Made by a program: the position numbers and the translations under genes. Of a stretch of DNA of 64,000 nt, positions 19,271 to 28,907 are shown in pieces (position 1 is the stretch's first letter; every line of letters begins with the position of its first letter). Under the pieces are notes generated by a model. It searched no databases and was not told where the DNA came from. It saw only the letters and a list, made by a program, of their open reading frames with translations. Origin of the DNA: Desulfobacteraceae bacterium. Lineage in GTDB: Bacteria; Desulfobacterota; Desulfobacteria; Desulfobacterales; Desulfosarcinaceae. Where the stretch lies: positions 48,711 through 112,710 of the forward strand of contig JBNKDU010000124.1 of the NCBI GenBank assembly GCA_050288425.1, given 5' to 3'.

Positions 19271-21325
19271 TTAAAACGGGATGCGGATCAATTCGACTTG
19301 CACGGTCTGGCGTGTCCGCCGGTCATCATTGGCCTCGTCATGCTCGTCAAGGTAGCTGTAGGTGATGCCGCCGGTCCAGATGCGGTACTTGAATTCGAGC
19401 TTGGCAAGGATGCCGGTATCCACCACTTCGCGTAAATCACCGCTGACGCTTTCCCAGAAACCTTCCAGGCTGAATTTGCTCCATGAGCGCAGCAGGTACT
19501 CGCCCCGCACCCGCAGACTGATCACCTGTTCGGACTGGTCCAGCTCCTTGAAATAGATGTCGGTGTAGCCGCCGGTGATGGAACCGAAGAGACGTCCGCC
19601 GGTATGTTGGCGCAAGGTCTGTTCGGCGCTCCATTGGGTAGTGGAAATCCCGCTGTCGCGCTCGCTGTCCTCCAGGGTCAGCCGGGTCTCGTACATCGGT
19701 TTGGTATAGCGCACCAGGGCCGTGTGGACCTGTTCGCCCGCCGGGCTGCTTGGATCGGGTCCGCTGGTGATGGATTGATCGGCGCGACGGTAGCGGTAGG
19801 AGAGGGTCAGGGCATCCCAGAGGAAAAACTCGAATCCGTAGCGTTGGCGTAGAATGGCATCGTCGAAGCTGGCGTCGGAGGTGAACTGATAGTCCACCAG
19901 TACGGTTTGCCCTTCGGCGATATTCCCCAGCACGGTACGGCTGATCCGGGTCTGATTGCCGATCTGCTCCAGGATGTAATCCGCGCCATTGACATAGACG
20001 ATGGTGGCGTTGCCGTTCGTAACCCGCACCGTGGCAGGATCCACATTGGGATTGTTCAGGAAGGTGACCGCGGATGTGCTCAGGGTCTGGGGTTCTGCGA
20101 TTACCTGGATCTGCAGTGCGTCCAGATTGCGGGTGGTGACGTCGTAGTTGGCGCCTGCGAACAGGTTCATGCGTCCCCACTCGATGGGTTGCCGAAAGGT
20201 GAAATCGAGCCGGCCGCGATAGATTTGCTCGTCGCCTCCGGTGAATTCATTGCCGGTGTAGCCGGCGCCGCCGGCGGTGGTCAGCCTGTCATTATACAAA
20301 TGAGTGACGCGGGCTTCCGCGTCCTGGGATTGAAATTCGGAAACGCCGGTTTCCGCGCGGCTGAAGCCCAGGTTGTAGTCGCTGCGCAGGTTGGTGCGGT
20401 GCTGCCAGTGCAGGTTTTCACGCAGCCGCAGGCTGTTGGTCTCCAAGGTTCCGAAATCGGAGCTCCGGTAATTCCAGAAGGAGTTGAGTTTCACCCGCTG
20501 GTCACGGGCCAGCATCCATTCGTTGTGCAGGTCGGAATTCAAGGTGTCGACGGTATTGGTAAATCCCTGGAGGGTGCGTTCGTTTTCGCTGTAGGTGGCG
20601 CTCAGGCGGGTCTTGCTGCGGATGGCGTTGTGGTGCGTCACCAGGTTGTATTGGTCCTGGGTCTCCTGGGAGTCGAAAAATCCGGATTGGTCCACGTCCC
20701 GGTGAACGTAACCCAGGGTGGTGGGCAGCAGGCGGTTCTTGAGGTAGATGTCGGCGCCGTATGTGTCGATCTCGGATTCGGCGCTCTGGGCAAAGGCGCT
20801 GCGAAGGGTGGTCTCCCGGCGCTGGCCGAAGAGGCGCAGGGAAACCGGTTTGGGGTCCAACAGGCGCGCCTCGGCAAAATAGGACGCCAGGGTATCGCTG
20901 GAATCGTCATTTTCTCCGGAGTCGCGGTCCTGGGTGGATTGCCGGAGCTCCGGCTCCACCCGCAATTTCAATTTCATCAGGGCCGGATGGTAGATCCATC
21001 CGTTGGTTTCCAGGACGAGCCGTTCGCGCCACTCCTGGGTGGTGTCCCGGCTGTCGCCCCGGCCTCCGCGACGTTCCTCCTCTTCGAAATGATAGGCGAG
21101 ACCCAGTCCCACCTTGGGACGTTGGAAGTAGATCCGGCCGGTTTCGCCGTCACTCTCCTTGGCCGCGGGCACGGCCCGCAGGGAAAGGGTCGCTGGAACT
21201 TCCAGCGGAATGACGGTATTTCCATCCGATTCTGGTTGCTCGGCGGCCATCGTCCGATCGTGAACGGCGAGGCTGAGGAGTAACGCGGCTGCGGCGATCC
21301 ATGTACGATATTGGCAAGCTTTCAT
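19271..21325 (-). CDS. Putative outer-membrane beta-barrel (porin-like) protein
   Basis: 684 aa. Signal peptide MKACQYRTWIAAAALLLSLAVHDRTMAAEQ. No haem or Cys motifs. Composition is rich in Y/R/T/N/D/G with alternating hydrophobic residues. The C-terminal ...VQVELIRIPF ends in Phe, like a BAM beta-signal. Size is comparable to MtrB-type barrels. No family recognised by eye. Confidence 0.6.
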   Translation of the reverse strand: MKACQYRTWIAAAALLLSLAVHDRTMAAEQPESDGNTVIPLEVPATLSLRAVPAAKESDGETGRIYFQRPKVGLGLAYHFEEEERRGGRGDSRDTTQEWRERLVLETNGWIYHPALMKLKLRVEPELRQSTQDRDSGENDDSSDTLASYFAEARLLDPKPVSLRLFGQRRETTLRSAFAQSAESEIDTYGADIYLKNRLLPTTLGYVHRDVDQSGFFDSQETQDQYNLVTHHNAIRSKTRLSATYSENERTLQGFTNTVDTLNSDLHNEWMLARDQRVKLNSFWNYRSSDFGTLETNSLRLRENLHWQHRTNLRSDYNLGFSRAETGVSEFQSQDAEARVTHLYNDRLTTAGGAGYTGNEFTGGDEQIYRGRLDFTFRQPIEWGRMNLFAGANYDVTTRNLDALQIQVIAEPQTLSTSAVTFLNNPNVDPATVRVTNGNATIVYVNGADYILEQIGNQTRISRTVLGNIAEGQTVLVDYQFTSDASFDDAILRQRYGFEFFLWDALTLSYRYRRADQSITSGPDPSSPAGEQVHTALVRYTKPMYETRLTLEDSERDSGISTTQWSAEQTLRQHTGGRLFGSITGGYTDIYFKELDQSEQVISLRVRGEYLLRSWSKFSLEGFWESVSGDLREVVDTGILAKLEFKYRIWTGGITYSYLDEHDEANDDRRTRQTVQVELIRIPF

Positions 21326-21388
21326 GCGGAACCCGATTCTTCCGTTTTTGAGGGCAAATGGCTGTAGTCGCTATCCCGATTCATGAGG

Positions 21389-22495
21389 TTACGGCCGGTT
21401 TTCCGGTGAACCGACATATTCGCCAAACCCGTATACATTGATGCGATTGGGGCCGAAGCCGGAGGCCACGTAGACCACATATTCCAGCCGAAATCCCGGA
21501 TCGACGAAGTTGGCGAAATATTGGGCGTTGGCATAATCGATATGTACGCCTGCAGGCAGGTAGAGATTGCCCGCCCCGGTGCCGCCGCCGCCGAAATAGA
21601 GCAGCATGCCGCCGGAGTCGGCATCGAAGATCTGAACATTTTCAAATGCTGCGTCGGCCACGTACAAATGGCCGCTGTGGTCCACGGCCAATCCTTTGGG
21701 ACGGGCGAACGCGCCCAGGTTGTCCCCCGGAAAACCATAGGCCTTGACAAACCGGCCTTCCCCATCGAATTGCTGCACACGGAAATTGAAGGAGTCGGTG
21801 ACGAAGAGATGGCCACGGGGATCGACGGTTAGATGGGACGGCATGCGAAAGGCCCCCGGATCGGCACCGGTGCGGCCGATGCGCTGGAGCACCCTGCCGC
21901 TTGCGCGATCGAGCACCACCACCTGGTTGCGTTTGAGATCGCAGACATAGACGCGGTTTTCATATACCGCCACGTCCACCGGCCTTTCGAAGACCTCTGC
22001 ATTGCCGTATGTCCGCAAATAGCGGTTACGGTCATCGAAGACCACCACCTGTTTGCGCCCCATGTCGGCGATGTACTTGATGTCTTCGGGCGTGACCCAG
22101 ATACCCGACGGGTTCTGAAGGGCGCCCATGCCGGAGTCGGCCAGGGAGTCGATGCGTCGTTTGGCCAGATCGATGATGCGCAGCTTCCGGGGGTTGCGGT
22201 CCAACACGTAGATCTTGCCCGGAACCGAGGCCACATCATAGGGGCGCCCGATGAGTTCGCCGGTCGGCGCCTCTCCCAGCAGAAACCGGTCCCATTTGCT
22301 GCGGCGGCGACCCAAGTCCGCTTCCGCGCTGATGGTGTGCAGGTATTGCAGCCGTGGCCGTTCCGGCGGGGGTGGGTAGAAAACGATGGGTCGCTCCGCC
22401 TGGCGGGACGGGACCGATGCGCAGCCCCCGAGAATGAGCAGGGCCAGTGCGGACGCGGCCCATGCCCGCCACGCAAGCCGGGTGCGAATTTCCAT
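21389..22495 (-). CDS. NHL-repeat six-bladed beta-propeller lipoprotein
   Basis: I prefer the ATG at 22495 (MEIRTRLAWRAWAASALALLILGGCAS, lipobox LGGC), preceded by AGGAGA. The track ORF starts at 22540. NHL blades include KIYVLDRNPRKLRIID, RVYVCDLKRNQVVVLD, HLFVTDSFNFRVQQFD, HLYVADAAFENVQIFD. Confidence 0.85.
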   Translation of the reverse strand: MEIRTRLAWRAWAASALALLILGGCASVPSRQAERPIVFYPPPPERPRLQYLHTISAEADLGRRRSKWDRFLLGEAPTGELIGRPYDVASVPGKIYVLDRNPRKLRIIDLAKRRIDSLADSGMGALQNPSGIWVTPEDIKYIADMGRKQVVVFDDRNRYLRTYGNAEVFERPVDVAVYENRVYVCDLKRNQVVVLDRASGRVLQRIGRTGADPGAFRMPSHLTVDPRGHLFVTDSFNFRVQQFDGEGRFVKAYGFPGDNLGAFARPKGLAVDHSGHLYVADAAFENVQIFDADSGGMLLYFGGGGTGAGNLYLPAGVHIDYANAQYFANFVDPGFRLEYVVYVASGFGPNRINVYGFGEYVGSPENRP

Positions 22496-22553
22496 CTTCT
22501 CCTGATGAGATCGTAGGAATGTGCTTTGCGCCATGACCATCCTGTTCTGTCGT

Positions 22554-23189
22554 CTATAGATTGTGGCAGGTCAAACAAAGGGACGAAGCCGTATTGCTCT
22601 TGCGCAAGAGAGAGACCTGACCGAACTTGTTGTGCACATCGTGACACGACGCACACTCCATGCGACTTCCGAAAAGCATGTCGCTGAGAATGGTTCCCGA
22701 GCTGCCGTCCAGACCCGAAAGCGTGGTGGCCGGATCGCGCAGGCTGCCGTCGGCCAGGGCCAGGTCGGTATTGTAGACGAAAGAGATGGGGTGATCGTTG
22801 CTCAGGTCGGTGCCTAGATTGTTGCGTCCGCTGATCAACTGGCTGCCCGGATTGCCGCCGAATGCATCGATGGCGATGGTGCCGTCATGACACGACAGGC
22901 ACAGTTTGGATGGTCCGATGGGCTGATTCAGCGACCCGGCGGTGGTGCCCGCATCGAGAGTGTCGCTTCCGTAAAGGTTATAGACGGCCGTGGAAACCGC
23001 ATGGTTCCACATGGGGACGTTTTGGACGTCCGTGGATGTGTTGTGGGGCGCATGGCACGGCAGGCAAATTTCTCCCTGGGAGAATCCCAGCCCGCTGAAA
23101 TCGTGGGCGCTGCCCGCGATTTCGGCCATGGCAGTTGCGTAAAGGGCCAATACCAGCATGGTCGTGAAGATGAATAGATTCTTTAACAT
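22554..23189 (-). CDS. Secreted tetrahaem c-type cytochrome
   Basis: ATG at 23189 (MLKNLFIFTTMLVLALYATAMA signal). Motifs CLPCH, CLSCH, CASCH, CLTCH. The sequence is colinear with the N-terminal third of the 566-aa cytochrome (SAHDF..CLPCHAPHN..CLSCHDGTIAID..GTDLSNDHPISFVYN). Confidence 0.85.
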   Translation of the reverse strand: MLKNLFIFTTMLVLALYATAMAEIAGSAHDFSGLGFSQGEICLPCHAPHNTSTDVQNVPMWNHAVSTAVYNLYGSDTLDAGTTAGSLNQPIGPSKLCLSCHDGTIAIDAFGGNPGSQLISGRNNLGTDLSNDHPISFVYNTDLALADGSLRDPATTLSGLDGSSGTILSDMLFGSRMECASCHDVHNKFGQVSLLRKSNTASSLCLTCHNL

Positions 23190-23312
23190 GGGAACACCTA
23201 TCCTAGCTGATGGGCAGCAATTGCTGCATGAAATATGGAATTCGGCTTTCGGCCATTTTCGTGACGGCGTCACGTGTTTTGTGAAGCAAGTTTGCATGGG
23301 CATGGGTTCTCC

Positions 23313-26057
23313 TTATCCCTTCCGGCGTCTGGGATCGTGGTAGTAAAGATATCGGTACAGTCCCTCGGGTCCGTGGCACGCTGCGCAGACGGTGTTTGCG
23401 CTGCCGACCCGGAGATACTTGTTGAGGATATCGTCCGATTTCAATTTTACCATCCTTGTCCCGGATGCGACACCCTGGTGGGCGTTGTGGCAGGAAGGGC
23501 AGCCCAAATCGCCCACCCGCCGCCGGCGACCCTCGGCATCGAACAGCGGGAAGCCTTCGCCCGAGTCGGGGGCTCCCGGCCGGCGGATGGTGGACAACAG
23601 CCTGCCGGTGGGGTGTCCCGCGGCTTGCGGGACGCTTCGGGCGGCAATTTTCCCAGCCGCGTGGCAGCTTCGGCACAGCATGTTTACGCCGATCTCGTCG
23701 ACGTCCGGATCGGTCAGGGGTCGCGCCCACAGCTTCAAGGATCGGGGGCTGTTGTGCACGATATGGCAACCGCCGCAAACGCCGGATTCCGTCGGCGTCT
23801 GGCCCAGGACATTGCGCGATTCGGGAGCCGATACCGTCAGGTCGTGGGTGGTGCCGTCCACCCGCGACATCTTGGGATGGCAGTCCCTGCAAAGGGAAGA
23901 GTTGGCATTGTTGGGCCGCCGGAGAAAACTGGTAGTCGTATCGCCCTCGGTATTTACGGCGCCCGGGGATTCCTTGCGGCCAGCCGCACTCCAGACATGG
24001 GCATCGTGGCAGGTGGTGCAGACCATAAGATCTTCTTCCCCCTGCGGATCCGAGTAAAGCGGCAGGGCAGCCAAACCGCCGGCTTTCGGGGACATCCAGC
24101 GATTCTTGTTCTCAACCTTGCGGCCCACCGGATGGGAATTGTCATTGACCAGCTTTTTGTCTGCCAGGCCGCCGGGCCGATGGCAACTGGCGCATCGGCG
24201 GGTAACCGGATCGCCGCCCGGCCCCGGCGCAAGACCCCATAGACGGTCCGCGGTGCCCTGGTGGGGCGCATGGCAGCCGCTGCACGGATCGCTATCGGCC
24301 CGGATACCGAGGCTGTTGGTATGATCCGGGAAGATCTGCCCGATATGATGTTCGGTCATGGACACCCGGCCGTTACGGCGATGACAACCGACACAGAGCG
24401 CGGCCCGGTCCTGGTTGGCCATGCGCAGGAAACTGCTGCCTGCGTCGCCTTCCTGTTTCGGATCCTCGCTTTTCGCCAAGGCGCCCGGCCGCCAGCGGTG
24501 AACATCATGGCAGGTGGCGCACTGCATACTGCCTGAAGTCGATATGTCGCCTTTAGGAGTAAATCCGGGCAGCAATAGGGGCGAACCCGGGGCGAGGGCC
24601 ACGTTCAACGGATGGGAGCGGCCGGTGGTTTTTCCGGGACGCCAGGGCAAATCTCCGTGGCAGCTCAAACACGTTTGGGTGGCGGGGTGGCCCTGGTCCA
24701 GTGGGCGCGCCCACAACTTCCAGCCCATTGCGTTGTGCGGCAGGTGGCAAGCGCTGCAGGGACCGGATGCGGCCGCCGTGGCCGAATGGGTGTTGCGTAT
24801 CTCCGGGGCTGTATGAACCATGTTGTGCGCCGTGTCGATGACCGTGGCCTTGTCTTGGTGGCAGTTGAGGCACAAGGCCGAATTCCTGGCGCTGGGAACA
24901 CGCAGGAAACTGTTGCCGCCGTCTCCCTGACCATTCTCGGGAGGCAGCCTGGATTCATCCTCAGGCGCCCAGCGGTGGACGTTATGGCAGGTGAAACACT
25001 GCACCTTGCCCCGGTGGGCGGACGGCCTTCCATCGGTGAGATAGAGGGGCAGACCGTCGGCCGGCGGCTTGGCCGGCCGACGGTCCACCGAGTGCGATAC
25101 CTTGCCGATTCCGCGGGCCACGCTGTCGGGACCTTCTGAATGACAACTCAGACACATCCCCGAAGCCGGATTGGAATTGCCGATGTCCCGGTTCCACAGC
25201 CGCTTGCCGTTGGCGTCGTGGGGCGAGTGACATCCGCCGCAAGTGCCCCATTTGTAAACCTTGGCGTCCTTCTTGGTTTTGGGATCCAGGCGCAGGTCAT
25301 GACGGGTGCCGACGATGGTGGTCTTTTCTGCGTGGCAGGCCGTGCAAAGCGTGGCGCTGGTGTCGGCCATGATGCTTATTTTATCTCCACGGGCACCGTG
25401 AACGCGGTGGCAGGTCTGGCAAACCAGGGTGCGGCCGTCCGGTCCGATTTTGCTGCCGGCGGTCCGCAGCAATGCCGGCAGCTTGCGCGGCAGGGGTTTC
25501 AACGGGTGTCCGTTGGTGCGCTGAAAGTCGGCCTTGTCCTGATGGCACATGGCGCACAAGGTGACGGTAGGATTGCTGGTCCGCAGGAAGGAAGTAATTT
25601 CCAGCGGAATTTCGGCAGATTCCTCGGGACCGGTGTGGGGGGTATGGCAGGTGCCGCAGTAGAGTTCATCTTTCCGGCTCAGCGGCAGCGACGCAGGTAC
25701 GCTGACCTTTCGGCTGGGTTTGATCATGGAGGGATGAGATTTGCCCTTCCAGGCCACGGCGCGCGAGTCGCGAACGTAGCCATCGTGACAGGTGTAGCAA
25801 CTATCCTCGGAAGAGACCACCCCCTGGGTATTTTTCATCAGGACATTGCCCGGCTGCCAGGGAATCAACGTTTCCTGGGTGCTGCGGAACTCATCCAGCC
25901 ACATCACATGGCAGATCGCACAATCTCTCTTGGAAGATTGTTCCCTGGCGTCTACCGGAGATGCCAGCAGGAAGAGGATGGCCAGCAGGACCGGCCATCC
26001 GGCCGGCGCCGGGATCCTGGCAATTGGATAACGGGATATGGTCCGGTTCGGGTTCAT
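23313..26057 (-). CDS. Giant modular multiheme c-type cytochrome (22 CxxCH)
   Basis: 914 aa; signal ...GWPVLLAILFLLASPVDA. 22 CxxCH motifs counted: a 6-haem N-terminal region followed by four tandem modules of about 150 aa and 4 haems each. Conserved C-terminus CAACHGPEGLYRYLYYHD. Confidence 0.9.
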   Translation of the reverse strand: MNPNRTISRYPIARIPAPAGWPVLLAILFLLASPVDAREQSSKRDCAICHVMWLDEFRSTQETLIPWQPGNVLMKNTQGVVSSEDSCYTCHDGYVRDSRAVAWKGKSHPSMIKPSRKVSVPASLPLSRKDELYCGTCHTPHTGPEESAEIPLEITSFLRTSNPTVTLCAMCHQDKADFQRTNGHPLKPLPRKLPALLRTAGSKIGPDGRTLVCQTCHRVHGARGDKISIMADTSATLCTACHAEKTTIVGTRHDLRLDPKTKKDAKVYKWGTCGGCHSPHDANGKRLWNRDIGNSNPASGMCLSCHSEGPDSVARGIGKVSHSVDRRPAKPPADGLPLYLTDGRPSAHRGKVQCFTCHNVHRWAPEDESRLPPENGQGDGGNSFLRVPSARNSALCLNCHQDKATVIDTAHNMVHTAPEIRNTHSATAAASGPCSACHLPHNAMGWKLWARPLDQGHPATQTCLSCHGDLPWRPGKTTGRSHPLNVALAPGSPLLLPGFTPKGDISTSGSMQCATCHDVHRWRPGALAKSEDPKQEGDAGSSFLRMANQDRAALCVGCHRRNGRVSMTEHHIGQIFPDHTNSLGIRADSDPCSGCHAPHQGTADRLWGLAPGPGGDPVTRRCASCHRPGGLADKKLVNDNSHPVGRKVENKNRWMSPKAGGLAALPLYSDPQGEEDLMVCTTCHDAHVWSAAGRKESPGAVNTEGDTTTSFLRRPNNANSSLCRDCHPKMSRVDGTTHDLTVSAPESRNVLGQTPTESGVCGGCHIVHNSPRSLKLWARPLTDPDVDEIGVNMLCRSCHAAGKIAARSVPQAAGHPTGRLLSTIRRPGAPDSGEGFPLFDAEGRRRRVGDLGCPSCHNAHQGVASGTRMVKLKSDDILNKYLRVGSANTVCAACHGPEGLYRYLYYHDPRRRKG

Positions 26058-26067
26058 CGGAATTCCA

Positions 26068-27018
26068 TCAATGCCGCAATTGGATACGGCGAATGCGGTT
26101 GGCCCGCATCTCCACTACGTGAATGTCCGTTCCGTTTCCGGCGGCGATCAGACCCACCGGCGTTTTCAACCGATAAACACTGCCGCTGTCGCATACAACG
26201 CCCAGCAAGCGGCCCATATCGGAGAATACCTGGATCACCCCCATATAGCTGTCGCTGATATAAACGCGGTCCTGGTTATCCACCGACACGCCTTTGGGCC
26301 GGACCAGTCTTCCCGGCGTGACCCCCCAGCCGCCGATGGTGTTCAGAAAATTGCCGAAGGGATCGAATTTCTGGATCCGGGTATTGAGCACATCCACCAC
26401 CAACAGCTCGTTGAGGCTGTTCTTCGCCAGCATGGCTGGATAGCGGAATTGGCCGTTGGCCTCGCCATATCCCCCCCAGGCAGTCTGAAATCGGCCCTGC
26501 TGATCGAAGACCTTTATTTTATGGTTGTCGTTGTCCACCACATAAATCCGATTCTTCAGCCCCGAAGCCAGCACATCCACCGGGTCGGCCGGTTTTTCAC
26601 CGGCCGCAGTGGGCACATCGAATTGGGATCGATATTTCCCATTCAAATCAAATACTTGAATGCGCCGATTGCCGCTGTCGGCAATGTAAACGCGTCCCTG
26701 GGCGATATCGATGCCCAGGGGCAGTTGAAATTCTCCCGGCCCCTGGCCGGGGGAACCGAAAGCGGACACCATGTTGCCTTCGGCGTCGATCACCGCCACC
26801 CGGTGGTTGACCCCGTCCACGAGATAGTAGTTGCCGTTGGGTGCCACGGCCACATCGCTGGGTTGATCCACATCCAAATTCCACGACGTTTGCGCACTGA
26901 TTTCGATGCACTCCATGGCCGCGGCCGGCCGGTCCGTGGATAGTGCGGCGAGCAGAATCCATCCTGCGATCAACCCCCCGCGAGTCCACAGCCGTAGGAT
27001 TTGCCGCAGGGTCATCAT
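26068..27018 (-). CDS. NHL-repeat six-bladed beta-propeller protein (secreted)
   Basis: The ATG at 27018 overlaps the upstream gene's stop (ATGA). The track ORF start at 27201 is an extension. Signal MMTLRQILRLWTRGGLIAGWILLAALS. Blades include NYYLVDGVNHRVAVID, RVYIADSGNRRIQVFD, RIYVVDNDNHKIKVFD, ELLVVDVLNTRIQKFD, RVYISDSYMGVIQVF. Confidence 0.85.
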   Translation of the reverse strand: MMTLRQILRLWTRGGLIAGWILLAALSTDRPAAAMECIEISAQTSWNLDVDQPSDVAVAPNGNYYLVDGVNHRVAVIDAEGNMVSAFGSPGQGPGEFQLPLGIDIAQGRVYIADSGNRRIQVFDLNGKYRSQFDVPTAAGEKPADPVDVLASGLKNRIYVVDNDNHKIKVFDQQGRFQTAWGGYGEANGQFRYPAMLAKNSLNELLVVDVLNTRIQKFDPFGNFLNTIGGWGVTPGRLVRPKGVSVDNQDRVYISDSYMGVIQVFSDMGRLLGVVCDSGSVYRLKTPVGLIAAGNGTDIHVVEMRANRIRRIQLRH

Positions 27019-27890
27019 TTGGGCGAATCCTTTCCATCCGCAGGTTTTCCACCGGCCCGGGTATCGGATAATAGATCCGGCAGGTACCAGCTTTCGTATT
27101 TGGCCAACATACCGGTGATATTCAAATGGACCAGATCGGCGATGCGTTTTTCGCTGAAATCGAGGGTGCGGTAGTCGAGGATTCCGTTCTCGGCATGGCA
27201 AGCTTGGCAGTCGGGCCCCTTCGCCTGCGTGTCGGTGTGGAATTGTGCCGCCGCTGCCTTGCGTTCATCGTCGCCCAACTGCCCGCGGGCACGCAAAAAA
27301 TCCCGCGCCGATTGGCGCCGGGCATCTGCCGTCGCCGATGGGGGCCCGTCCGGCAAGGCAGGATCGACGGGCGTAATTTTGGAGAAGGCATCGTCAACCA
27401 TGGCCAGATACCCGGTTTTGTCATCGTAACGCGTACCGGCAAATGGGCCTTCGGGGGCCGGATCGATGGGGCTGGCCCAGCGGAAGACGACGCGATGATG
27501 ATCCTCCGTCTTTATATGACAGCTTTGGCAGGCCAAGTATTGGGTGTGCATATTCAGCAGGGCCCGAATCCGCTTGCTCTTGTTGTGGGGCATTTCCGAA
27601 TGGCAGATCAGGCACAGGGGTTGCTGCGACTCAGACAGCCCGGGGTAGCGGACCAGGTTGTGGAAATGACGGTGGCGGTCCAGTTTGGCCTGGCGCTGTT
27701 CAGCGGTCAAGACCGGCGCACCGGGAGCCGCATGCCGTCCGATCAGCGGTCGCAACAGCCCCGGGCCGTGATGCGAGAGGGTCAGATGATAAATAACGCC
27801 GGCACCCACGCACAGGGACATGGCCAGAAAAATCAGCCCGAGGATATAGGCCAGCAGGGGATGGTTTTTGGGGTGCTGCTCGTTTGTCAA
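27015..27890 (-). CDS. Membrane-anchored trihaem c-type cytochrome
   Basis: 291 aa. TTG start at 27890 with GGGAG 9 nt upstream; there is no ATG before the TM helix. N-terminal TM helix LLAYILGLIFLAMSLCVGAGVIY. Motifs CLICH, CQSCH, CQACH. Confidence 0.75.
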   Translation of the reverse strand: MTNEQHPKNHPLLAYILGLIFLAMSLCVGAGVIYHLTLSHHGPGLLRPLIGRHAAPGAPVLTAEQRQAKLDRHRHFHNLVRYPGLSESQQPLCLICHSEMPHNKSKRIRALLNMHTQYLACQSCHIKTEDHHRVVFRWASPIDPAPEGPFAGTRYDDKTGYLAMVDDAFSKITPVDPALPDGPPSATADARRQSARDFLRARGQLGDDERKAAAAQFHTDTQAKGPDCQACHAENGILDYRTLDFSEKRIADLVHLNITGMLAKYESWYLPDLLSDTRAGGKPADGKDSPK

Positions 27891-27896
27891 TCTAGA

Positions 27897-28907
27897 TTAC
27901 TCCCTATGGCCGCCCGGAATTCCGGCATCTTCCGCTGCAGCTTCTTCCCTGTCCTTTTCGGCGTCTTTCCTATTGGCGGCTACATCCCGTTGCCGATCTT
28001 CGAGTCCGACCAGCAAGCGCCTCATGTAAGCCCGCTCTTCCGGCATCTCTTCCAGATTGCGGATATATTCCAGGAAATGTTCCTCGATCTGGTGTTCCCG
28101 GGTAATCTTGCCGGTGAGAAACGTCCATTGCACGGGAAAGCGGCCCGGAACGAAGTGGACGTTGCCCCAGTGCCAGAAGGCAAGAACAATCAGAGCCATG
28201 ACAGCCTCGTCGGCGTGCATCAACCTGGCCAGGTCCTGAATCAGACCTGGGGCCGTGCGGCTGACTTCAGGATCTCCCAAAAGCACATCCGCGATGCTTC
28301 TGGGGATCACGCCGGACAATTGGTCCGGCAGCAGCAATGCCAATCCGGCAATGGTAAGGACCGCCGTACCCCAGATAATGGCCAGGTAGTGAATCTTCTG
28401 CTTGTACATGAATTTTTCCATCATGGGCCGCTGGGGCGTCCTTCCCAAGAAATATTGGATGTCCTGGAAAATATCTTTGAGATCTTGCAGCCGGGGCAAT
28501 TGCGTGCGCCGGTAGTCGAAACGACCCTGGATCAGTTGCAGGCCGGTTCCGCCGAGAATGGTGAGAATATGGTAGGCCGAGGCGAACATCATGACATAGG
28601 CGCCGATTCTGTGGATGGCCATGGCGTTGTCGATGCCGCCGTACAGGGCGATCACATAGGGGGACCAGAACTCGTCGCTGAAGTAAAGCGGCACCCCCGT
28701 GGATGCCAGCACGAGGAAGCTGACGAATACCAGAAGATGCTGAATGACGATATGAGGAGAATAACGGGGCAGGTCCCCATAGGGATTGGAGGCGACATGT
28801 TTATAGATATCCCTGGGAACGAAACCGACCCCCTCGACGAAAAATCCGCCCTGCGGCCGCGTTGTGCCTTCCCCGGTGCCATCGGTGGTGAGGATTGTTT
28901 CCGTCAT
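27897..28907 (-). CDS. Integral-membrane dihaem cytochrome b (FdnI/PhsC/CbcB-like)
   Basis: The ATG at 28907 overlaps the upstream cytochrome c gene's stop (ATGA). About four TM helices carry conserved His: HIVIQHLLVF, AIHRIGAYVMMFASAYHIL, and MHADEAVMALIVLAFWHW. Ends in a charged C-terminal tail. Confidence 0.75.
   Translation of the reverse strand: MTETILTTDGTGEGTTRPQGGFFVEGVGFVPRDIYKHVASNPYGDLPRYSPHIVIQHLLVFVSFLVLASTGVPLYFSDEFWSPYVIALYGGIDNAMAIHRIGAYVMMFASAYHILTILGGTGLQLIQGRFDYRRTQLPRLQDLKDIFQDIQYFLGRTPQRPMMEKFMYKQKIHYLAIIWGTAVLTIAGLALLLPDQLSGVIPRSIADVLLGDPEVSRTAPGLIQDLARLMHADEAVMALIVLAFWHWGNVHFVPGRFPVQWTFLTGKITREHQIEEHFLEYIRNLEEMPEERAYMRRLLVGLEDRQRDVAANRKDAEKDREEAAAEDAGIPGGHRE

Noticed and set aside
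23190-23312. Palindrome CGTGACG-G-CGTCACG in the 123-nt gap between the 22-haem and tetrahaem genes, considered as an internal terminator
   Set aside because: On the coding (-) strand it is not followed by a T-run. The T-rich side is on the non-coding strand. The stem is only 6-7 bp.
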